Positions 1 through 8,200 of a stretch of 64,000 bases of DNA are shown one piece after another (the first letter of the stretch is position 1; every line of letters starts with the position of its first letter). Location of the stretch: assembly GCA_028279725.1 (NCBI GenBank), contig JANQNE010000012.1, forward strand, positions 71,348-135,347, read 5' to 3'. Source of the stretch: Candidatus Nanoarchaeia archaeon (GTDB lineage Archaea; Nanobdellota; Nanobdellia; Woesearchaeales; JANQNE01). The notes under the pieces were generated by a model. It saw nothing but the letters and a program-made list of their open reading frames with translations. It had not been told where the DNA came from and ran no database searches. Both the position numbers and the translations under genes were made by a program.

Positions 1-117
1 CAGATAATATGTGCTTTTTCTGAGATTTCCCTTAAGATGTTTCAATGAATTTAAGAATAATGAACCTCCAATCATCCCGATGATTATACCTAATACTCCA
101 AGATACCATCCTATCAT
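1..117 (-). CDS. N-terminal fragment of a membrane protein that runs off the window edge; its ATG overlaps the histidine-kinase stop codon (ATGA)
   Basis: Hand translation of the minus strand from 117 gives MIGWYLGVLGIIIGMIGGSLFLNSLKHLKGNLRK... with no stop before position 1. The peptide is hydrophobic and TM-like. Confidence 0.3.
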   Translation of the reverse strand, partial: MIGWYLGVLGIIIGMIGGSLFLNSLKHLKGNLRKSTYYL

Positions 118-3100
118 TTAGCCTCACCTGCAGTCTTGTCTTCTTCTCTAAAGAATTCAGCTAATCTTTTTTCAGTGGCTTGTTCCTGCAATGATCTTTC
201 TTTTTTTGCAAATATACCTATGACTTGATCCCTGAGGTTGCTTGCTTCTAATGCATCTATCACTTTCTTATTTTCAAGGCTGTTTATATCCCTGATTATG
301 TTATTTTCTGTCAGATTCTTTATCTTTCTGAACTTTCCTTCTCCCAAAGGGCCAAGGATCCCCACATATACTTTCCTTACCTCCTCTGTAATGTCAATTG
401 TCTTTTTTATGTCAAATATAGAGTTTAGCTTTTCGTAGACTTCTTTTAAGATATCACTTCTAACTATCTTCTTCTTTTCCAATTCACCCATATACTCTTT
501 AACTGAATCATAAGTGAGGCCTTTATTATTTAGCCTATTGAATTCTGATTTTCCCAACGGCCCTAAGAATTCCAAGAATATCTCTTTTACCCTGTCTTCT
601 ATATCTTTCTGTTCTGAAAACAGCACTTTGATCTGCTTTATCTCCTTGACAGGTGTCAGTGGTATGGTGAAATAGAACGTGGTTCCTTTGCCTTTTTTAC
701 TTTCAATACGCATCCTCCCTCCCTGAGATTCCACTATCCCCTTGCAGATCGCAAGCCCTAATCCAGTTCCGCTGTGCTCCCTATACATAGTCTGCTCTTC
801 CTGGAAGAAGGGTTCAAATATCCTTTTTTGATTTTGAGGAGAGATGCCGATTCCCTGATCCCTTACGCTAAAAACAATCATCTTGTCCTTTAGTTTAGCA
901 TCCAAGAATATCTTAGACCCATCTGGAGAGAATTTCTTTGCATTATTGATCAGATTCCTTAATATCTGCATGACCCTATCAGGATCTACCTCTATAACCG
1001 GAAGCTTTCCTATGCCTGTAATAATCTCAATATTTTTCTCAGGCATGAAACCTTTCATCTCTTCAACAAGCCTTTCTATGTATTCTTTTAGTTGTGCTTT
1101 TACAAACCTAAATTTTAGACGTGCTGCCTCAATCCTTGAGATCTCTAAGAAATCTAAGATAATCTTATCAAGCCTTGTGGTGTTCCTTAATACGATGTCT
1201 ATGGATTCTTTCTGTTTTTTGTTCAGCTTTCCAAAATAGCCCTCCAATAACATCTGAAGCTGAGCTTTCATAGGAGTCATAGGGCTTCTTAGTTCATGAG
1301 ATGTTATGGATAAGAACTCTGTCTTTGCATGGTCCAGCTGTCTATGTTCCAAATCCCTGTTCTTCAATACCTCAATAACCTTATCTATCGTTTTTCCTAA
1401 CTGTTCTAGTTCATCTCCTGATTTGATATCTGATCTGACAGAAAAGTTTCCTTTCTCCAGCTCTTTAGTAGTACTATATAGTTTTTTTATCGGCCTTAAT
1501 ATTGAGACAGTCATGGATATAGAGATTAAGATCACCAACATTATGCATATAGATCCTACTATTAGGTTCAATGTCTCCCCTTTCTGGAAATTCTGCGATA
1601 CTCTGTGCCTGTAGAAAGATATCAATTCGTTCTCTATATCAGCCTGCTTATCATACAATTCAGAGAGTCTGTCTTCTATCTGATGGTATTCCTCACTCAT
1701 TAATATGGAATTTGCCTTTTTGGTATAGTTATCGTTAATGTGCATAAATGATTCCTTCTGCCAATCTATCAGGATCTTGTTAAGTTCTTTTATCTCTTCA
1801 TTGTTCTCTATAAATACCGATCTTGTTTCATCAGGGATCCTTCCATCAAGAGGCAGATCTCTTTTTTCGTCTTCTAGTGATGCGATCAATAGTCCACTGA
1901 CCATATTGTATTCTTCCTGATGTTTTTTCACCATATCTGATTCTCCTTTCATAGCATGAAGTACCGCACTCCTAGAATTTTCTGTCAGAGCTGAGTCATA
2001 AGATTTTATCTCATAGATGCCTTTGATCAGATTTTCTTCTGAATTCTCAATCCCCTTAAGATCCTTAGATATCTGTGAATTCATTATGTGGGTCGATATT
2101 ATCAATCCAAACATCAATATAACTATAATAGCAAATGAGCCAAGAAGTTTCTTCCTTATTGAATAAGTCCTAACCTGGATATCCTGTTTTGTAGGAAGTC
2201 CGACCAGATATGCAAAAAAGAAGATCAGGATGGACGATATCAAGATGAATATGGTGAAATAATTTATGATAGAATTTTTCTGTTCTTCAAATATATCATC
2301 ATACTCATCAACATAGGTTGTTGCTGCTACATGAAGGCCAATGTTGTCCGCAGTCCTTGTGTTCACAACTGCTATATACATGTATTTCTGATTTATTGTT
2401 CCATCTTCTTCTTTCCAATCATAGAATCCTTCTGAACCATAACCTCCTTTTGTCTTTTCCATTATCTCCCAAAAATCTGATAAGGTATCTTTTAGATTTG
2501 ACAGATCAAGATCAACTATCTTGGGGTTTGGATGGAATCTTGAAATCAGAGAATCATAGTCTGTTATAGCTGTGTATCCTGTCTTTCCTACCCGCTGGAC
2601 AGCGATCTCTTTGAAAAATACATCATCCTGAAGATCCTCTAAAGTTTTTTCCGGATTTGCCTTAAGAAAGATCTCGATCTGTTTTGCAACACTGATGGCT
2701 TTTTCCTTTATCTGATTCTTTGCAAGAATCGTCTTTTTATCTTCTGACTCTTCTATTATCTCTTCTGCGTCTATGTACTCATCCAGATAAGTCGTAGCTG
2801 CAATAAAGAGATTTGAACCATCTGCTGTTTTCTCTTTGATTATAGCAATATAGGAAAATTTATCTCTCACTGTTCCGTCTTTTTCTTCAAAAGGATGAAA
2901 ACCGTAGCTGTCTTTTCCATTTTGGACAGCAGATACCAGCTCCCATAAAAGAGGGTTTATCTTTTTGAAATTTCTTGTATCGAAATTTATGAATCTTGGA
3001 TCCTTATGCATCAGAACAATCAATGTCTTGTAATCTCCAAGTAAAGTATATCCTGTCTTTCCTACCTGCTGGACAGCGATCTCTTTGAATTCGGAATCGT

Positions 3101-3359
3101 TCTGAAGATCCTGGATTGACTTTTCAGGATAAGCTTTGAGATATATCTCGATCTGTTTTGCAACATCTTTTGATTTTTGTTTTATCGAATCTGCTGCAAA
3201 TTTCATTTTGCTTTCATCTTCAATATCAAAAGTATCATGATCTGCATATACTGATGACGCCAGAATAAAGGCAATCACCGAGAAAAAGATTACAATAAGC
3301 TTTAGATTGTTCCTACTAGACCTAACTGTATTTAACCTAAACCTCTTTTCTTCCGTCAT
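114..3359 (-). CDS. Multi-domain sensor histidine kinase: N-terminal TM anchor, duplicated extracellular sensor domain, further TM helices, HAMP-like linker, HisKA and HATPase domains, plus a C-terminal extension with an internal repeat
   Basis: H-box SITSHELRSPMTP and ATP-lid GTGLGLAICKGIVESQGG are present. Four hydrophobic segments are visible. The extracellular region is duplicated (KQIEIYLKAYPEKSIQDLQNDSEFKEIAVQQVGKTGY / KQIEIFLKANPEKTLEDLQDDVFFKEIAVQRVGKTGY), which is double Cache-like. The C-terminal tail repeats EIFLEFLGPLGKSEF / KVYVGILGPLGEGKF. Confidence 0.85.
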   Translation of the reverse strand: MTEEKRFRLNTVRSSRNNLKLIVIFFSVIAFILASSVYADHDTFDIEDESKMKFAADSIKQKSKDVAKQIEIYLKAYPEKSIQDLQNDSEFKEIAVQQVGKTGYTLLGDYKTLIVLMHKDPRFINFDTRNFKKINPLLWELVSAVQNGKDSYGFHPFEEKDGTVRDKFSYIAIIKEKTADGSNLFIAATTYLDEYIDAEEIIEESEDKKTILAKNQIKEKAISVAKQIEIFLKANPEKTLEDLQDDVFFKEIAVQRVGKTGYTAITDYDSLISRFHPNPKIVDLDLSNLKDTLSDFWEIMEKTKGGYGSEGFYDWKEEDGTINQKYMYIAVVNTRTADNIGLHVAATTYVDEYDDIFEEQKNSIINYFTIFILISSILIFFFAYLVGLPTKQDIQVRTYSIRKKLLGSFAIIVILMFGLIISTHIMNSQISKDLKGIENSEENLIKGIYEIKSYDSALTENSRSAVLHAMKGESDMVKKHQEEYNMVSGLLIASLEDEKRDLPLDGRIPDETRSVFIENNEEIKELNKILIDWQKESFMHINDNYTKKANSILMSEEYHQIEDRLSELYDKQADIENELISFYRHRVSQNFQKGETLNLIVGSICIMLVILISISMTVSILRPIKKLYSTTKELEKGNFSVRSDIKSGDELEQLGKTIDKVIEVLKNRDLEHRQLDHAKTEFLSITSHELRSPMTPMKAQLQMLLEGYFGKLNKKQKESIDIVLRNTTRLDKIILDFLEISRIEAARLKFRFVKAQLKEYIERLVEEMKGFMPEKNIEIITGIGKLPVIEVDPDRVMQILRNLINNAKKFSPDGSKIFLDAKLKDKMIVFSVRDQGIGISPQNQKRIFEPFFQEEQTMYREHSGTGLGLAICKGIVESQGGRMRIESKKGKGTTFYFTIPLTPVKEIKQIKVLFSEQKDIEDRVKEIFLEFLGPLGKSEFNRLNNKGLTYDSVKEYMGELEKKKIVRSDILKEVYEKLNSIFDIKKTIDITEEVRKVYVGILGPLGEGKFRKIKNLTENNIIRDINSLENKKVIDALEASNLRDQVIGIFAKKERSLQEQATEKRLAEFFREEDKTAGEAK

Positions 3360-3368
3360 TTTATGCTG

Positions 3369-3893
3369 TTATTTCAGTTCAACAATCGAATCTACAAACA
3401 TGCTTGTTTCCTGGATCATCTGATCCTGCTCCCTAACACTAAGAGCATAAAATATCGCTTTTGTGTTGCTTGCTTTTATCTTATTTATAAGGGTCGAGAT
3501 GAACTTGGCGACAGGAGCTTTTTTCTGATATATCAGCAGATTTGTCAGTGAATCAAAGATGATATATTCAAAATTATGCTTTAAAAACTTCGAGATTGTA
3601 AGGGATATCTCTGTCAGTGCCGCAGGAGAAGAACAAAAGTAACTCCCTGATGTTTGGTCCGGGGCAGATTTTATCGTTTTTGATATCGCGTCTATAAAGA
3701 TTATGTTGTCTGTGTTGATCTTCTTTTTTTCGAACAATTCTTTCAGAGAATCAAATGTCTTGTTTAACGTTACATAACATACCCTTTTTCCTGACAGCTG
3801 CTTAAGAGTCTTTACTATATCTGTGTTATATTTTAAACTGTCCATTATCAGAAGCATCGTCTGATTTGAAGATAGCTCTTTTTTTAAGTTCAT
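3369..3893 (-). CDS. Small RecA/KaiC-like-fold protein with a degenerate Walker A (probable pseudo-ATPase), copy 1
   Basis: 174 aa. It has a beta-strand plus Gly loop (LLIMDSLKYNT) at the P-loop position but no GK[ST], and a Walker-B-like hhhhDSLT (YIIFDSLTNLL). It is a paralog of 4267..4797 and sits between receiver genes. Confidence 0.4.
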   Translation of the reverse strand: MNLKKELSSNQTMLLIMDSLKYNTDIVKTLKQLSGKRVCYVTLNKTFDSLKELFEKKKINTDNIIFIDAISKTIKSAPDQTSGSYFCSSPAALTEISLTISKFLKHNFEYIIFDSLTNLLIYQKKAPVAKFISTLINKIKASNTKAIFYALSVREQDQMIQETSMFVDSIVELK

Positions 3894-3895
3894 TT

Positions 3896-4252
3896 TTAGC
3901 CAACTATCTTTTTTACCTTTTCCAGAAGTTCCTGTATGTCAAAAGGCTTTTGTATGAAATCAACTATGTTCTTCTCCTTGGTGAGTTCTTCTTTTTCTGC
4001 CTCAGATGTCCTTACAACACTTAAGTAGGCTATCTTGATGCCTTTTATCTTCTTGACAACTTCCCTGACTGGTGTTCCCGGCATCATTATGTCCATTAGT
4101 ATGAGATGAGGCTTTTTCTTTCCTTTCAGCTTCTTCAGGCAATCATCTCCGCTAACTGCACTTATCACATCGTAATCATTATTTTCAAGAACTGTCTTGA
4201 CTGTAGTTATGTTATCAGGTTCATCATCCACAACCATAATTGTTTTTTTCAT
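3896..4252 (-). CDS. Response regulator, receiver domain only (CheY-like)
   Basis: MVVDDEPDN acidic pocket, phospho-acceptor Asp in LILMDIMMPG, and a conserved Lys near the C-terminus (FIQKPF). Confidence 0.8.
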   Translation of the reverse strand: MKKTIMVVDDEPDNITTVKTVLENNDYDVISAVSGDDCLKKLKGKKKPHLILMDIMMPGTPVREVVKKIKGIKIAYLSVVRTSEAEKEELTKEKNIVDFIQKPFDIQELLEKVKKIVG

Positions 4253-4266
4253 TTTTCCCTCCTTAG

Positions 4267-4797
4267 TTATTTTGATTTTATCTTTATTACCTTATCAACA
4301 AATATCCCTGCTTCTTTGATCAGTTCTCCCTGCTCTTTTACATTCAGGGCATAAAATATCGCTTTTGTGTTGCTTTCTCTAATCTTATTGGATATCTTTA
4401 AAAGGAACTTAGCTACAGAATCGTTATCCTGGTATATGAGCAGATTTGCCAAAGAATCAAAGACAAGATAATCAAAATCATGCTCTAAGACTTTTGAGAT
4501 GGTGATAGAAATCTCTGTAAGTGCTCCTGGAGAAGAGCAGAAATAACATTTATTTTTCCTATTGGGCATATCTTTTATAGTCTTTGATATCGTGTCTATA
4601 AAAGAAATACCGCCTGTCTTGATCTTCTTTTTATTAAATATCTCATTCAATGAATTATATGTTTTATTTAAGGTTACATAGCAGATCTTTTTTCCTGAAA
4701 GATTTCTGAGTATATCTAAGATTATAGAATTATAACCTAGGCCGGGCATTATTAGAAGTAAGGTCTTATTTTCCTTTAGCTCTTTTTTTATGTTCAT
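4267..4797 (-). CDS. Small RecA/KaiC-like-fold protein with a degenerate Walker A, copy 2
   Basis: 176 aa, co-linear with the 3369..3893 product (LLLIMPGLGYNS...; YLVFDSLANLL; KAIFYAL). Confidence 0.4.
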   Translation of the reverse strand: MNIKKELKENKTLLLIMPGLGYNSIILDILRNLSGKKICYVTLNKTYNSLNEIFNKKKIKTGGISFIDTISKTIKDMPNRKNKCYFCSSPGALTEISITISKVLEHDFDYLVFDSLANLLIYQDNDSVAKFLLKISNKIRESNTKAIFYALNVKEQGELIKEAGIFVDKVIKIKSK

Positions 4798-4799
4798 CT

Positions 4800-5159
4800 T
4801 TAATCAAGTGCTTTTTTTACTTCTTTCAATAATGATGAAGGAGAGAACGGCTTTTGTATGAATCCATCAATGTCTTCCATATGGACCTCTTTCTCAGGTA
4901 TTATAGATACATAAAGCATCTTTGCGTCATGATTGATCTTTTCCCTGATCAACCTCAGCAATGAATAACCAGAAAGAGACGGCATCTTTATGTCTATCAG
5001 AATGAGGTTAAATCCATTTCCTTTTACAATCTCAAGTGCTTTTGTCCCATCTTCTTCAGTTACAACATTGTATCCTTCTTTTTTCAGAATTGAACTCATA
5101 GAAATTATGTCGTCTTGATCGTCGTCAATAATCAATATTTTCTTAGCCATACAATCCAC
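4800..5159 (-). CDS. Response regulator, receiver domain only
   Basis: KILIIDDDQDD, LILIDIKMPSLSGY and FIQKPF motifs. This is the first gene of a 5-gene minus-strand operon that ends with the histidine kinase. Confidence 0.8.
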   Translation of the reverse strand: MDCMAKKILIIDDDQDDIISMSSILKKEGYNVVTEEDGTKALEIVKGNGFNLILIDIKMPSLSGYSLLRLIREKINHDAKMLYVSIIPEKEVHMEDIDGFIQKPFSPSSLLKEVKKALD

Positions 5160-5282
5160 CTCTAACTTAGCTTATTTTTTAAAAGATATAAAGAATATAA
5201 CACTTGATTCTATTATATTATTTTTTTATTTGGATGTTGATAATAAAAAAATTATCCCTTGTGAGGGGATAAGAAAAAATAG

Positions 5283-8200
5283 TTATTTTTTCTTCTTTTT
5301 CACTATTCCTGTAATTATCGTTATCAATGAGATTGTCAGCGCTATTATCGCGATGCTTATTATCCATGTCTTTGCTTTACTTCCTGAAGGCTGTTCAGGT
5401 GTCTGCAATAAAGGTGTTACTGTCTCTCCAGCAGTTTCTTCTGCCTGAGGCTGCTGTATCTCTTCTGCAACCTGTACTGTCTCTGTTGTTTCTTCAGCAA
5501 TTTGCTGTGTGGATCGTTCTTGAGGGGAAGCTTTTCCAACAACAGCAAAAAAGCTGAATCCTGGTGTTTCTGATCTGTAGTGTGAATAGTTTTCGTCGCT
5601 GCTGATCAATTGGGTCGGAAGCTCTGTCCATGAACCTGTATATCTCATCAGTGATATGCTCTCTATGTTGTTCTGTGTCAGCCATGTGTTGCTTACTTTG
5701 AACTCTAATGTAGCCCCATCCACATCTTCAGAAAGAATATTATCAAGAGTTATCTCCATGTACTCATAAGCATTTTCCAATTCTTTAGGAAGCTCTGTCT
5801 TGTTCTCTACTTTCCTTATAGTTACTGTAGCTTTTTGAGCCTGTTTATTCAGCTTGAAGGTATTTTTTGTTATTGCCATGTTCTCGCTGTTAACTTTCAT
5901 AGTTGTCTCTTCTCCAACTGTTATAATGTTGAAGTAATGCGCTGCTTTGATGCTCTGTGTAGCTCCTGATGCTATACCTCCTCCGCTGCTAGGGCTACTA
6001 CTTCCACCTCCTGGTGATGAAGGTGTTGCTACTGTTCCTGGCTGACCTCCTGCCCAGATAGAGAACTCACAGTATGGTATCTGCCAGATACATGCTGAAG
6101 AAGTAGTGTTGATAAGTGTCGCTTCTGAAGTCCTATCTACACAGTTATCTCCTTCGCTATCACAGTGCCATAAAGCGCTACAAGTTCCTGTTCCCGGTAT
6201 CTTGACCCTACATGTTCTTGGGTATAAGTTGTTGATTATCTTATCCCTTGTCTCATCGATCATACCGACATAGCCTATTGTCGCTCCTGCTGAAGTTGTG
6301 GTTGTTCCTTCTTTCAGTGCTCCGCTTGATTCTATGTCTCTGATCTTTGGACTCATCCCTGTCTTTGTTAAAGTAACATTTAGGAATTCTAAATGAGCTG
6401 TTCCGTCTGTAGTGTTCATCAAGATGTTTGCTTTTCTTCCTATCGTGTAGTTGGTAAACATTCCATCTTTTGAGTTATTCAAGATTCCTCCCTGGTGATG
6501 TTCATAAGTGCCATCCTGATCAATGTCATAGTAGACATCCCACCCGGTCGGCGCTTTTATCCTTGAGACATACTTACAGAAACTGCAGTCATCTAATGAA
6601 TCTGGAGTTGTGAAGTTAGAACATTTGCTTGTTCCACACTTGCCATTATCATCACAGACCGCTAATCTGTAATAATAAGTGGTTGAGGTGGATAAAGAGG
6701 TGTTTAATGATTCAACTCCATTATCATTGTAGATCTCTGCTATATGCCATAGCTTGTGGTTTCTGCTATTGTTGCTCAATATTCCGATGTCGTAGATCGT
6801 ATCTGTAAGTCCTGCCTGTGAACATGTGCTGTCATTGTTGTAGAACATAAGAGTTCCGTTAGCAGGCTTATCTGTGAAGTAAGCCAGGAATGCTGAGTCA
6901 GGATATGTTTCTTTGATTACACCGATTACTTTTGGTATCCTTGTGTCTGTATATCCTGCTGCTTCTACTCCAAGGCTATTCTCTACACAATAAGGATGTC
7001 CTTTACATGAGTAATCTTCACATCCTTCTGAAGTCCAGCAGTCTGCATCCTCACCATAATCTATGAACCCTTTGTCTGAACCTTCTTTCTTTGCTTTTTT
7101 TGTCCAGTCAGTCTCATAGCTGTAAAGATCAGGGATCTCAAAGTCCTGTGAGCCTGGAGTTACCCAGCCTGGACTTGCTTCATCTGATGGTGTTGTTATG
7201 TTGTGATTTTTATCAGCGCTTGCTACAGAAACTCTCAGGTCAACACCTGATGTATATAAGCTAGGGAATTTTTCTAATTCACCTTTATCTATAGCTACCA
7301 TAGCTCCTCCAACCAAGTCACACATAAGATGTCTTTCACTGCTGACTCTGATCTCTGCAAGTATCCATGATCCTTCTGAACATCTGTATACAGCAGGACT
7401 CTCAGTAACAGATCCTGAAGTCGTGTCATAAGACCATTCATTCTTTATGTAGAACTCATAGCCTGTCTCAGATGAATTCTGGTTTAATGCGCAGTTATTT
7501 GTGGTGTTTCCATCTGTGTCAAGATACCAATAGAACTTTGTCCTGTTAGTTCCTGTTCCCATTCCATTCATCATCTTTATGTCGTTGCATCCTGCTGAAT
7601 TTGTAGGATCGTCTACAGTTATCCCAAAACCATAGGCTTCTCCCATATCTTTCATACCAAAGCCTGTTATGTCAACTTCATCCTCTATTGCCGTGTCATC
7701 TGGATCTGTTCCTAATGGAGTTGGCGGTGCACCCATATCAATTCCTTTAAAGAATTCTGCAGCCATAGCTGGATTGCACCATCCTGTTACCCATCTGAAG
7801 AATGTTGAGTTATAATTATTACATTGCTGCTCTGTTGTTGCGTTGAATCCAATAGGCTGACAATCATTGTTGTTGTTAAAGCATAATGGATGTGCATCAC
7901 ATAATGTAAAATTGTTCTTTAGAGTCTGGTTCCAGAAGCATTCAAATGGCTTTTCATCACAGAAGTTCATCTGTGAATTCCACATACAGCTTGGAATAGT
8001 CTCACATAATGACTGATTGTAAGTGTATTGCGGACAGCTGTTCTCAAAATTTATGTCACAGAATGGGTGCGGTTCATTAAACCACCCGCATCCTGTCTGA
8101 TTCTCACATGCAGATTGAGCTCCATCATACTGGAAGCACTGCATTCCAAATCCTCCCATCCCCATATCATCAGGACCTCCTCCTGACATACCAGGCATCA

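Noticed and set aside
5230-5557. Plus-strand ORFs of 72 and 76 aa at the 3' end of the giant gene
   Set aside because: They overlap the C-terminal TM-anchor coding region of the giant protein on the opposite strand, and have no independent signal.
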